NCBI RefSeq assembly: GCF_006345805.1
Contig: NC_043003.1
Span: forward strand, 104,842,001-104,906,000
Direction: 5' to 3'
DNA: 64,000 nt
Origin: Octopus sinensis
Lineage: Eukaryota
Shown here: piece by piece, positions 11,526-24,560 of the stretch
How positions within the stretch are numbered: position 1 is the stretch's first letter
Layout of the letters: every line of letters starts with the position of its first letter
Position numbers and translations under genes: made by a program
Notes under the pieces: generated by a model
Databases searched by the model: none
Told to the model about the DNA's origin: nothing
The model's input: the letters and a program-made list of their open reading frames with translations, nothing else

Positions 11526-13169
11526 GAGAATGTGTGTGTGTGTGTGTATGTGTGTGTGTCTATGTGTGTGTTTGTGTGTGTGTGAACATGTGCATTTGTG
11601 TATACCTTGTGTTGACATCACATGATAGTTGTGAATGAGTGTCACCACCTTGCAAGTAATGTTCCTTTCCAGACTTCCATGGCAAACATGTCTCGCCAAA
11701 GAGAAATATTATCTTGCTTGGAGACTGATGAGGGTTGGTGACAGGAAGGGCATCTGACTGTAGAAAATCTGTTTCAATGAATTCCATCTGACCCATGCAA
11801 GCATGGAAAAGTGAGCTTTAAATGATGATGTGTTTATAATGATGAATTTAAAGCTTTAGGAAATCTGTATTGACATTTAGTAGTTACAGACATGATTTAT
11901 AAAGCAAGATGTGTAACATTTTCCTACTTTCTATTTTTACACCAAAAATTTTAACATTGAAACAGTTTCTTTTGTAACTTAAGTTTTCCATGAGAAGTGC
12001 ATAAGTAATGCTTTTATTTGATCTCCAAGACCACTTTTTCAATATCAGTGACTTTTCATCACTGGAAAAAGGATATATATTTGCAGAGGAAGGCCTACTT
12101 TTCATTGACAACTCATGATTGTCACACGCTGATAACAGGTCAATACTCAGAAACTCGAGTCTGTGTGTATCATAGGTTGAAGATGGGAAGGATGGCTTCC
12201 CTTTTCAAATACCAATAGGGCACAGAAAGTGTGTCAATAGCCAGCTGGAGTAGGTGTCCTCTTGGGGCTACAAGCTACAGTAGCATCCACCCTTAGGGGT
12301 TAGCCACATTTAAGTGGCAAAAATACTTCACTATATATATATGTGTGTGTGTGTGTGTATACTAATTCATGGATATTTACACAAAATACACACAAACTAA
12401 TAATATTTGAAATTACAAAAACTGCAGAATTTTTATGTCACAACATGTGGTAAACATTTGGTAACCAGGTGCACACATATGTAAATATATACTTTTAGGT
12501 GCACAAATTTTAAAATTGTAAGATTGTGTGAAGTTTAAACATTAATGAAAGTATGCATATTGAAATTTGAATGAATTTCAATTTTTTTAAAAAGTCAAAT
12601 CCAAGGAAGATGATCATCCAAGGGAGATGATCATCCAAGGGAGATGATCATCCAAGAGATGCTTTTGATACCTTGTATTTTCATTTACCGAAATTCTCAC
12701 ATGATTTTATTGTGATTTTCTGTAACTTTTTGAGTTTTAATCCCAAATGGAGACAAACACTGATGTGTCCAAGGCTTAATAATTGTTGAGGTATTCTTTA
12801 ACATGAAACCAAAGGTCCTTAGACTTCAGCCTACTATAGTTTTTGTGAAATGAACTATTTTGACATATTTTTAATTGAGGGGAGTAAAAACTTTTTTTTA
12901 GTTGATTGATATATTTAAAAAAAAGTTTTTAGTCACCTGACATGCTTTAGTAATTCATCTTGATTACTTATTTTTAGTTGATTGTGTAAACCTTTTTTGA
13001 TAGGCCATTCTATATATTTGTATTGTTATGTGATATATTTTTACCTTCTGTGTTTTTATATGTATTCCTTTTATATGTCGAAGGGCATGGTATAATATTT
13101 ATATATGATGGAAGTGTGGTGTTATATAAAGTTGTTGACTCAAATTTGATGTTTGTTCTCTAATCAGTG

Positions 13170-13450
13170 TTTATATATATATATATTATATAAAATCCAT
13201 TCTGTCTGTGTGTGTGTGTGTGTGTCTTCTAGGATCTCGGGCATCCGCCATCCAATTGCGCTCAAATTTGATATGTAGATACCGATGGTATCAAGGTGTG
13301 TATAAGTCTTGAAAAAATTACAAAAATCGATTCCAGGTGAGAATGCGATCGATAAAACTGTAGGAACATGCATTTGTATGCGCAAGTACATCAGCAATGT
13401 GGTTTACAAGGCTGCACGCCACTAGCTTTTCCATGCCCTTGAACATCCCA
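13170..13450 (+). mobile_element. Probable non-autonomous Helitron 5' part
   Basis: (TA)n-aaaatccattctgtc(TG)n followed by gcgctcaaatttg; ends unclear. Confidence 0.4.
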
Positions 13451-13798
13451 TAAAGTAAGTTAGCTTAAAATTAGTTACTTAGTTCCCAAGGTTGTTGCTT
13501 TTCATCAAAAATCGCCCCAAGTTGATTTCCTACATGTTTTATCGGATAAACTTATTATTGTTCCAGGTATGTTCTCATAAATTCCCCATGCTTTTCCATC
13601 TAGATTTACTTCCAGCTAACCCATTTGCTTGCATCATTTTTGTCTTGCTTTTCTTCCGTCAACCTAGACATAACTGCACCTTCCATTTTTTGTTGTTTCT
13701 GTACTGCTTTAAGGCACGTTTCTTTCCTGCCAAGCTTACTGTTTAACCCATGTTTGTGTTCTCCCAGTCAGCAGCTTTTATCATTACTGGTACTTTAA

Positions 13799-14018
13799 CC
13801 CTTTAGCATTTAAACCAGCCATATCCGGCCAAAAGTATTTTGCTTGTTTTATGTTCAAACTGGCCAGATCTGGTCTCTCACACCAACCCTACAATATCAT
13901 TTTAAAAATTAACAGCAACCTCATCAAAATCTCATAGCTACAAGATAATGCATGATTAGTTCAAAACAATGTGGAAAGAAAGCATTAATTTTGGCAGAAT
14001 AATGCAAACACTAAAGGG
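13799..14018. mobile_element. piggyBac-type MITE
   Basis: TTAA|CCCTTTAG ... CTAAAGGG|TTAA; 220 bp, non-coding. Confidence 0.8.
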
Positions 14019-14248
14019 TTAAACTCTTCGGTTGCATATTTGTGTGAATAAAATCATTTTTCTTTGGAATAGAAAAAAAGTCTATCTTTATTTCTTCTTT
14101 TGCTGGTGTCTCAAATTTAGGTTAAATCAGTGTTTCTCAAAGGGGAGGCCTATGGGACAGTCGGACAAGTTGTTTTGAGAAAATTTGATTTAAATGTTTG
14201 ACAACTCAGCACCGTCCATTGGAGGGGGGGGCGGCAGCGTTTTGCTTG

Positions 14249-14294
<46 letters not shown>

Positions 14295-14721
14295 TATACG
14301 TAGATGTTGTGTGGGTCTGTGTGTGTATGTGTGTTTGTGTCTGTGTGTGTGTGTGTGTGTGGATGCATATGTGTCTGCATCTCCATGAGTATGTATACAT
14401 ATATGTGTATCTATGTGTACATATTCTTGTGTATGTATGTTTGTCTTTTACTGTACCTACTTGTATCTCTTTCCCAGTGCTGATACACGCTAAGATCATA
14501 AATTAAGTCTCCCCACAACTCTGGACAATTGTCTACTCATCTATTTAATAGATTTGTTTCAATTTAAGTTGTCACAGACTTATGTCACTGTGTGGTCAAA
14601 TACATCGTCTTCCAGTGGACGAATTTTGGTGGCAATGGTTCTGCCTATATTGGCTGATACACCACCAGCATACCACTGGATAAACCACTTTGCTATATGC
14701 AGCACTGCCCACTGTATCTAC

Positions 14722-14830
14722 TTCTCCCTCTTCTTCTTCTTCTTCTTCTTCTTCTTCTTCTTCTTCTCCTTCTTCTCCTCCTCCTCCTCCTTCCGATTCT
14801 CCTTCTTTCTCTTCTCCTCCTTCTACTCTT
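14722..14830. repeat. (CTT)n/(CCT)n microsatellite
   Basis: Read directly from the sequence. Confidence 0.9.
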
Positions 14831-15594
14831 TTGCCTTCTATTCATCCCCCCCTCCTATCATTATATGTATCCACCCTCTTGATTTCCCCCCCCCCACTAC
14901 ATGATATCTTCCCAACAGACTCATCTTTCATACACACTTTTAATTTTTTCTTTTTTATTTTCTTCGGGTACTTTCCTAACAACAAGGTCTGATAGATGCA
15001 CAGTGTAATAGCATGACTTTGATGCAAGTCAAAGGAAGTGCCTCTCCAATGCCTAAAACCACAAATATTACATAATTTTTCTTTCAGTATTTTCGTGTAA
15101 ACTAGCATTGCAAATGGAAATGGTACGGAAACATTTGTAAATTATAATCAAATATCTTTTCTTTGTCTTCTTTTCATTGGATATATATGCAGTGCATCTT
15201 GAAGGCATGAAGTGGATTCGATCCACCATAGCCAAGTTTAAATTAACAGGTCAACAGAACTTTTCTGAAGGTGGAACAATGGTTTTTTTCAGTGACAGCA
15301 GTTTTACATCTGCCAGATGCCTTTAGCTAGGCTGGAATACCATCTTCACCACTTGACCACCAAGCAAAAACTGGGTTGGTCAGCTCGTGACAACTCAATC
15401 AGTTTGTTAATGAATGATAAACTCGAGTCAGAGGCAGCTACCATCAGTTAGGGAGCAGAACACTAGAATCATGATCCAAAGCAAGGCAGCTACTAAAGAC
15501 AATGATCAAATGGAGAAAGGAAATCTGCTGTCAGCAGCTATGAGACCCAACTTCCCACACTCTCTCACTTTCACTAACTCATTTTGTCTTCTCT

Positions 15595-15912
15595 GCACGT
15601 AAAAAGCACCATCCGTACGTGGTCGATGCCAGCGCCACTTTGACTGGCTTCCGTGCCGGTGGCACGTAAAAAGCACCAACCGATCGTGGCCGCTGCCAGC
15701 CTCCCCTGGCACCTGTGCCGGTGGCACGTAAAAAGCACCCACTACACTCACAGAGTGGTTGGCATTAGGAAGGGCATCCAGCTGTAGAAACATTGCCAGA
15801 TCAGACTGGAGCCTGGTGCAGCATCCTGGCTCCCCAGACCCCGGTTGAACTGTCCAACCCATGCTAGCATGGAAAGCGGACGTTAAACGATGATGATGAT
15901 GAGGAGGAGGAG
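15595..15912 (+). mobile_element. RTE LINE 3' end
   Basis: Same 3' UTR and (GAT)n tail as the other copies. Confidence 0.75.
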
Positions 15913-17759
15913 GATGCACATTACCTATGGTTTACTACTACAATATGAACACACTGGCCGAAATTAACTTTTTTACTTCACAAACTCTAGGATTTTACCA
16001 CCTGCCCATTGAGGCAAGGTATTATATTCAATGTAGTGGTAAATAAATATTTTCTTCACAACTTCAATCACTGTTCTTTCATCTTTACATAATGACCATC
16101 AATGAAGAACCAGTCCTTACACACTGATTATGACTCCGACATTTCATCCTACTGTGCATCGTCTTCCCATATTATTGTTTACTAAATAATATCCCCTGTT
16201 ACACACACACACACACACACACACATAGCACTTGGTTATGCCTGCACCTTGTACAGCAACATCAACTGCCTCATTGCATGTGGCACTGGCCGTTATTGCA
16301 TCGCAATCACAAGTCATTTCAATCAGCGGATACTGCCATGAAACCTTGAACGACACTGAGAGTTTTACTTTACCAAAAGCTTTCTCTTCAATAAGTGACC
16401 TGCTATTTTATTTCCTTTCACCTGTAAGCCAGACAAAAAACAGCTTTGTCAACGTCTTCAGACATCCCAGCCATTATGAGTTTTTGTTGTTGACCAACAT
16501 TTAACTCTTTTAATTTCACTTTAATTTGGGACTGATCCTTAAAAATTGTGGACAATGTTAACAAAGCGATGTCACTCTGTAGTGCAAGGTATTTGTTTAA
16601 TTATTGATTTTTTTTTTTTATAAGAATTTATAACATCCAGAAATATCAACTTTTCTTGAAAGAAAAATTATCTTCTCTTTGCTATGCCTTCCAGAATTTA
16701 CACAAATTTTCTGTAACACATGTAGGGAAAAGAAAGTGATGACTGGCGGTACAGAAAGGGTGAAGAGTAGCAGAATGATAATAGTATAGTAGAGGAAGAA
16801 GATAAGAGAAAGGGAGGAGAGAAGTGGAAGGGAGGTTATGAGCAGGTTGTAAGAGCATGTGAGGGAAATGAAAGTTGTGTAGTGGTATAGCGGTACATAG
16901 AGGTGAGTCAATAAGAAACGGTTTGGAGGAGATGGTGAGATAATAGGTAGCATAGAAAAGTGATCAATGGAAAATGTGTGCAGGGAGAGACATTGTTCAG
17001 AATGAAGGATAGATGTCAAATGAAATGGTGTCAGTGAGTAGGAGAGGTAACTGGTTGCATAGAAAAGAATGTTAATGAAGTCACCAAGGCAACAGAAGTT
17101 ATTTACTACTACTACTATGGAGCCTTATGGGAATTTGAGAAAATCTGTTTCTTTATGCATTCTTTGTGTTTATTGCTCCTGTGCATCTGCCAAATGCTCT
17201 CTCTGTGCCTCTTATGTACCCACAGTTTGCATTGGGTGCACCTTAAGGAATTTCTGCTTACTCCTTTTCTGCATATTGAGTAAAGCCTTATTTTCTGATA
17301 GAAATAGTCCTGGTTGTTTTCTTACTAAAACTTTGGTCTTTGAGGTCCTTTGATTTAAGGTTTTGCTTCCACACCTTTTACCTTTTACTGGTTTTAATCA
17401 GACTGCTACCATGCTGGGGCACTGCATTGAAGAATTTTAGTCGAACAAATTGATTACTCCTATTCTTCTAATCCTCCCAAATCTGCCACTTTGTCATTAT
17501 GCTTCTGTCTGTCTCATTGTTCCACAACCATATCACACTTGGTCTGGCTGGAACTTTGCCCCAATCATATATTTGGTCTGTAGCCTTCAGCAGGTTGTCT
17601 TGAAGGAACTTTCAGTTCTCCTCTGCGTTGTGTATCTCTATCTTCTCTTTGTCACATGCTTTGCAAAATTTTTGACTGTTCACTAGATCTTTAAGCTTCC
17701 TTTCCCAGACTTGTTTCTATTTCTGCATCCTTGTTCTCTTTCTGAAGTCATTAACTACT

Positions 17760-18116
17760 TATGTATGTTGTCCTACATTCTTCTTCTGTTTTCTTATTTT
17801 CTGGCGAAAATGTTGATCTGGCTTGTGTATTTACCAGATTGATAGGCAATCATGTGATTGGCTGCTTTCCTGAAATTAGTATTGCAAATCAAGTATTTGC
17901 ATCACAGAATTCCAGCAGCTTTGTTCCAACTTCTTTTCTAGAACCAAATCCAAAGTCTACTTGTACACCATGGAATCTGTTAGAGTGCTGCACAACATGT
18001 CGGTTGAAGTCAACAACCATGAAGATAATATTGCTGTCATTTGTCACTGAGTTAGTTTGCACAAGGGCTTCATAAAGTCTGTCTTTTGTCATTTGCCAGA
18101 TCAGATTGAGGAGCAT
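17760..18116 (-). mobile_element. RTE AP-endonuclease relic
   Basis: VDFNRHV..GFGSRKEVGTKLLEFC matches the GDFNGHVG..RN.EG..LLEFC motif. Confidence 0.6.
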
Positions 18117-18424
18117 ATTTAAAGATAAATGTCACGGTCACAATTTCCAAGACTAGTTTAAGCTTAATTATTCTACCTCATACACTAACTACTTTGATCT
18201 ATCATTTCTCTGCTCAGAGTATTCCTACACCTACCTCAACATCACAGTTGCCTACCAAAGAGATTTTTTACTGTTGTTTCTTGTTTGGCTGCCCCCCCCC
18301 CAAATGGTTGTGTGTATGTGGAGTGTGTAGCTAGACTTCAGCTACAATCAAGAAAAGATATACACAGCCAGTAATGTCAAGGAAAATTAGCAATGGTGTG
18401 TGTGTGTGTGTGTGTGTGCATTTA

Positions 18425-19753
18425 TAAGGGGGTACCCAAAAGTAACTAGAAACGTTCTCTGTGGGACAAGCCTATGGTAGTTCAGACTTCTGCTGCTAGA
18501 AGCCACTTGATGAAACCCTCAGGCATCAGTCTGCCAACTAGCGACATCAAGTGAAGTTGTACTGCCATGTGGTGCTTCTTTGTTTTGCAATGCTTCTCCC
18601 CTGTTTGTCAATTTTTGCAATGGCTGAAATGAAGGAACAGCGAGCTTCTGTGAATTTCTATTTTCTGCTGGGGAAAATGGCAGCTGAAACAGTTGTCATG
18701 TTTCAAACAGCTTACAAGGATGCTGCTATGAGCAAAATAGAAGTTTACAAGTGGTTTTCATATTTTAGGAATAGTCACTTGTTGCTTGAAGACTAACCTC
18801 GTTCAGGGCGACTATTGACCTCCTGAATGAATGAAAACATCACAAAAATTCATGAACTGATCTTGGAGGACCATTGCTGAGCAATTAACTAACTTATTGA
18901 TATGACTGGTGTATCCTGGAGATCCTGCCAACGAATTTTGAGCAAGGAATTGCAAATGAAAAGAGTTGCAGCAAAATTTGTGTCTCGTTTGCTGACGGAA
19001 GATCAAAAGCTGTCACGATTGAATGTGTGACATGAATTGAAAATTAGTTGGAAGTTGATCTGAACCTTTTTCCGAAGGTCATCACTGATGACAAAAGATG
19101 GTGTTACAGCTATGACCCGGAAATAAAGCAGCAATCAAGTCAATGGAAGTATTCAGTGGAAGCATTCGATGTCACCCTGTCCCAGAAAAGCATGTCAAAT
19201 GAAGTCCAATGTCAAGTCCAATTTCATTGATGTGAAAAGAATTATCCACACAGAAATTGTTCCTCCTGGACAAACTGTTAACCGGACACTTTACTTGGAA
19301 ATTCCGAAGCATTTGTGAGACATGGTGAGATGAAAATGCCTCGATTTATGGCAAAGTGGAGAGTGGTGGTTTCATCACAACAATGTGCCTGCACACACCA
19401 CCTTAAGTGTGAGACAGTTTTTGCCTGAAATGGCATGACCTCACTTACCCACCCTCCCTATTCACCCTTCCTTGTTCCCTTAAACATTTTTCTGTTCCCT
19501 CAAATGAAAAACGTCTTTAAACAAAAGCGTTTTGCAAATGTGGAAGAGGTGAAAAAAAAAAAAAACCACGGAGGTGTTTAAAGACCTCACTTCACAAGAA
19601 CTCCAGGACTGTTTTGAACAGTGGAAAATGCATCTGGACTGATGCATTGCATGAAATGGAGAATACTTTGAAGGTGATGGAAGTGTAAACATGTAAAATT
19701 AAGTGAATAAAATTAATATTGCAAAATTCCGGTTTCTTGTGGGTACCCCCTCG
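18425..19753 (+). mobile_element. Full-length but dead mariner (DD34D) transposon
   Basis: TIRs (c/t)(g/a)AGGGGGTACCCA..; transposase MAEMKEQRASVNF..RVAAKFVSRLL..VITDDKRWCYSYDPE..HHNNVPAH..HPPYSP, with many stops. Confidence 0.9.
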
Positions 19754-19754
19754 T

Positions 19755-19793
19755 TTATGTATTTATGTATGTATGTATGTATGTATGTATGTA

Positions 19794-19828
<35 letters not shown>

Positions 19829-20110
19829 ATGTATGTATGTGTGTATGTATGTATGTGTGTATGTATGTGTGTATGTATGTGTGTGTGTATGTATGTGTGT
19901 ATGTATGTGTGTGTGTATGTATGTGTGTATGTATGTGTGTGTGTATGTATGTATGTGTGTATGTATGTATGTATGTATTTATGTGTGTATTTATGTATGA
20001 ATGTATGTATCTGTATGTATGTGTGTATGTATTTATGTATGTATGTATGTATGTATGTATGTATTTATGTGTGTATGTATGTGTTTATGTGTGTGTGTAT
20101 GTATGTATGT
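19755..20110. repeat. (TATG)n/(TG)n compound microsatellite
   Basis: Read directly from the sequence. Confidence 0.9.
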
Positions 20111-20718
20111 ACTTACGTACACACATTATCCTCTGCTAACGTTCCTGTTTGCATGCTGGTATGGGTTGGATGCAAAGTTCTAATGTCTGCTTCAGCATAG
20201 TCTCTACAGCTGGATGTTCATATTAATGCCAGCCACTTCACTGAGTGTGCCGAGTGCTTTTTACATGACAGCACCGGTGAGATCACAGGTACGCGAAAAG
20301 CAAAATGAAAAAGGTGATGAAAAGTTATAAAAATATTCCTGTCGGGGAAAGAAGAGTTGCCTCCCATGGGATGGGATCTCCATCTGTGAGTGAAGGAGGA
20401 CAGTTGTGCATGTGTATATAATTTTTGTTCTCTGACTTCAAAAAAAAGGATGACTACATTACAAAAGCAATTTACCTATCATAAGAGCAGCAATGAAATA
20501 TTTCACATTTTATATTCACAAAGGTACTGAAATCATTTGATATTTTTTAAAATGATTCTCCTCTTGGCCATCATATATGGCCCAGAATGCTTCCAATTGG
20601 TTTTGTGCAATATTGTAACACTTCACCTCTCTTGGATTCTAAAAGAGAACCTGTGATTATTTGATTATTCAACCTAGGCCCTCCATTGCCCCCCCCAACT
20701 TATTTCTGTGTGTGTTGC

Positions 20719-21183
20719 TCAGTTGTTGGACTCTGTTTTGTAGACCATGGCCTCACTGTTGCATTGATCATTCACTGAGCACTCTCTGATAAACATACAT
20801 GAACATGCTACCTCTGTATTGGTCCTTAGAGTATTTACTAACATTTTTTTGATACTAAGCACACAGCCAAATGATACTCTCAAATTATACCTATTGAATA
20901 CTCTCCCATACCTGTAGGACTGTCTAAAACGCTTATCCACTAGTATAAGGAAGGCCCTTCATATGCAGGTTTTCATGTTGAGTAAGGAAGGTGAGGCACT
21001 TTTTCTTGTGGGTGTTAGGGGGATGTGGTTCTTAAACCTGTTGACTGTTAGTGCCTTGTTGTTATAGGGGTTGCTGATTTCAGGTAGGTTCAAAATCCTC
21101 TTTATAAAGGTTTCAAAAACTATATGTAGGTAGGAGGTTGTGTTGACATACAACAGACTTTCATTAGGTTTACTACAGGGCAC
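20719..21183 (-). mobile_element. Penelope-like element fragment (RT thumb/linker)
   Basis: PCSKPNESLLYVNT..PYNNKALT and FNRYNLRVSFGC..ECSVNDQCNSEAMVYK. Confidence 0.6.
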
Positions 21184-21810
21184 ATATTATATCCTTTTCC
21201 CTCCCAAATGGTCTCATACTCCTGGAATTACTTTCATTCTTTATCATCCCGGGCGCCCACTATTTTAAACAATCATCTCCTTTCTGTACCTTCAGCAACT
21301 GTTCCCTCATCCCTCTGCTATACTTCTGAACACCTTTCTTATCTCCTATCATTTTCAATGCCTTCCCATGTCTGTCATCATGACCCTCCAACTAAAACCC
21401 CTTATGTATTCCTATATCTCCCTCACCACTACTCTTACACCTTACACATCATTCTACTAGATTTTGTTCTAATCTTCTTCCTGAGCCGCTCCTATATCTC
21501 CCACCTTACCCTTCTACATACTGGTCTTCCCCATCATCCGCTCATCCACCCTTCTTCATCACTCACTACATTAATCTCTACCCCCACCTGTTTACTTCCT
21601 CCTCACACTCTCTCATCCTCTTCCATGACCCACCATCTGTGTCCTCTCTTAAGCTCACTTTCTTGTTCCTGGAGACTTTTCTAACTTCCCTTCACTACCT
21701 TACTCTTATCTCTTTCAACCATGTATCTCCTCTTTAGCAAGATACTTGTGCTTGTTCCTCTATCCTATTTTAACCTTTCAACACCTGACATACAACCACT
21801 CACCTCCCCT

Positions 21811-22356
21811 TTATTCACTGATCACCAAAATTAGCAATATTAAATTTCTAAATATCTCAGAGAGATATGTGCGGTGTTGGAGCAATAGAGTGTTTGTATA
21901 CTGTCAACTTAACGTGACAGTAGGGAATTACACCACTGCTGTTTAGCCCTAGGAAGCATCGACGCTTCCTGTCGGCCTCGACACATTTCCTGTGTCCTTA
22001 TATATTTACGAAGGGGAGACAAGAACCCCCAACAGCGAGGCCTGCATCTAGAGACATGCATGTTTCTGGGTCTTGCCCATCATCAGTCTAGAGTAGCAAG
22101 GCCTGCTAGCTGAAGATACCTGTCTAGACTTCGTAAATATATATATATATCTTTTCAGTGAAGTTTATTCACTGATCACCAAAATTAGAAATATTAAATT
22201 TCTAAATATCTCAGAGAGATATGTGGTGGTGGAGCTTCCTAGGGCTAAATAGCAGTTGTGTAACTCCCTTACAGGACTGTCACGTTAAGTTGACAGTATA
22301 CAACCACTCTATCGCTCATATCTCTCTGAGATATTTAGAAATTTAATATTTCTAAT
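21811..22356 (-). mobile_element. PLE pseudo-LTR region with partial tandem and inverted segments
   Basis: 21811-21880 is repeated at 22165-22232; 22232-22356 is an inverted copy of 21830-21957; contains a hammerhead. Confidence 0.7.
22047..22092 (-). ncRNA. Intact type I hammerhead ribozyme (minimal, palindromic stem III)
   Basis: UCUAGA-CUGAUGA-UGGG(CAAGA)CCCA-GAAA-CAUGCAUG-UC-UCUAGA. Canonical core, 6-bp stem I, 4-bp stem II, GUC cleavage site at 22053/22052. Confidence 0.85.
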
Positions 22357-22417
22357 ATTTATATACTACATCATCCAAATTACATTTATTTTTAAATTTA
22401 CATTTTGTCTTATCTCT

Positions 22418-24560
22418 GAGCCAAAAGTTAGACTTATTTGTCCATGTAAATGAGATACCGGTACGTTAAGCAAGATCATTTTAGATAAATATATTAATAG
22501 ATTAAATGAACTTAATTATCTAAAACTTTAGAGTAGTGCTAATGATAATTTAAATTGATTTAATAATACTAAAGATAAATATAGATATAAATTCATTCAA
22601 ATAGATATAGATAATTATTATTCTTCTATAAATGAGATTGTACTCAACAAGGCCTTAATTTATGCAATGAATAAGGTTGAAATGACTTATGATGAAGTTA
22701 ATGTAGTTAAAGCAGCTAGGAAATCATTGATTAGATATAATAATAAATTGTGGGCTAGGAAGGATACTAGAGACTATTTTGATATACCTGTGGAGACACC
22801 CAATTCTGCCCAGGTGACGGATTTAGTAGGTATTTATTTATTATCGGAACTTCAATCAGAAAAATTAAAGTTGGAGGGTGGATTATATATAGGGATGCCC
22901 TTTTATTACTAAGAATTGCACCAATAGAACACTAGAATTATATAAGAAGAAACTATATAGTTTTTTTTTAAAGATATGGATTAGGTATTACTATATATAA
23001 AGAGAACTATAATGTTATAATTAACATTAGATGCTAATTTTAATTTAATAACAAGTAGAACCCAACCATTCCATAAAATTAATGAAAACCTTAGATATAT
23101 TAATGCTAATAGTAATCACCCACCCTCAATTAAGAAATCATTGATAGATCATATAGGTAAAAGAATATCGATGCTTTCTTCTAAGTTTGAGATTTTCCAA
23201 AAACACGCACCTTATTATAATGAATGCTTGCGGGCGGTGGGATATAATAATAGTATTAAATTCTTTTATAATTGTAAATATAATTATAATATAAAAGATT
23301 ATAATATAAATGATTCCTATGATATTTATAATAATAAACCTAATATTAAGAATTATGATAAGTTTCATTTAGTTAATTATGGTTCTAATAATAGGTATTA
23401 TGATAATACAAAAAATAAATATAATGATAGACTGAAAGATAAGAATAAATTTAATGTGTTTAATGATAACAATAAATATAATAAATAAAAATAACGTTAA
23501 TAATAAGAACAAAATTTGGTTAATTATTCCTTATGGGGCTCAAGTTAAAACAAACATCATTAAAGAGATATTAAAACTAATTGAAGTATTCAAGTATTCA
23601 TTATAGATAATAAAAAATATAATAACATTTTTTCTAGTAATAATTTTGGAGTTGGTTATTCTACTACTAATAATGTTGGTAACATATTTCTTCTTTTGGA
23701 TCTTTTCCTTTTGAACGGCACTTTGTAACATAATTTCTAGGTAACTAAAAAGTTTTAAACTTCATATACTGGTAGAATATGTTTATAAAACATCATTTTT
23801 CTCGTGGCTTTATTGAGAAAATTCCATAGGTTGTAAGATATTTTGTCTTTAATTTCGAGCATTTCGGCAATTTTAACCAATCGCTGACCTCCATTTAGGT
23901 AAATAATATTCTGTGCATAATGAATATGTCCCTTGTTTAAGAAACAGATTGGGTTTATTTACATTTGTGAAGAAAAAAAGATACCCTTCCCCAACCCCTA
24001 ACCCTAACCCTAAATCAGATTGAAATTCAATAGATTGATACTAGGGCCATAATTATAGGTGACATTTTCATTTGACACCACTAGAAAAAAATCCCATTTT
24101 CCGTAGCGGTGTCGTATGAAATTGTCACCCATAATTATAACCCTAGTATCGATATGTTGCATTTCAATCTATTTTAGATTTAGGGTTAGAGTTAGGGTTG
24201 GTTAGGGGTAGGGGAAGGGTATCTTTTTTCTTCACAAATGTAAATAAACCCAATCCGTTTCTTAAACGAGGGACATATTCATTATGCACAGAATGTTATT
24301 TACCTAAATGGAGGTCAGCGATTGGTTAAAATTGCCGAAATGCTCAAAATTAAAGACGAAATATGTTACAAACTACAGAATTTTCTCAATAAAGCCACGA
24401 GAAAAATGATGTTTTATAAACACATTCTACCAGTATATGAAGTTTAAAACTTTTTAGTTACCTAGAAATTATGTTACAAAGTGCCGTTCAAAAGGAAAAG
24501 ATCCCTTCTTTTAATAGATTTAAGCTTAATAACTTTTACAAAAACAAATTAAATAATTAT
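22418..24560 (+). mobile_element. Penelope-like element RT relic, interrupted by a MITE
   Basis: PKVRLICP..LSKIILD..FIQIDIDNYYSSI..FDIP..AQVTDLVGIYLL..NSNHPPSIKKSL..ISMLSS..APYYNECLRAVGY, with many stops. Confidence 0.8.
23698..24504. mobile_element. 807-bp fold-back MITE with 8-bp TSD (Merlin-like), carrying (CCCTAA)3/(TTAGGG)n
   Basis: Termini GGATC...GATCC; TSD CTTCTTTT at 23690-23697 and 24505-24512; arms of about 370 bp. Confidence 0.8.

Noticed and set aside
12609-12658. 17-bp unit x3 (gatgatcatccaaggga)
   Set aside because: Simple slippage duplication with no further structure.
16232-16504. 90-aa ORF / coding-looking stretch
   Set aside because: Could be an old TE relic, but I cannot assign it.
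23996-24210. Telomere or chromosome-fusion site
   Set aside because: Only a few units, symmetric inside a TSD-bounded MITE.
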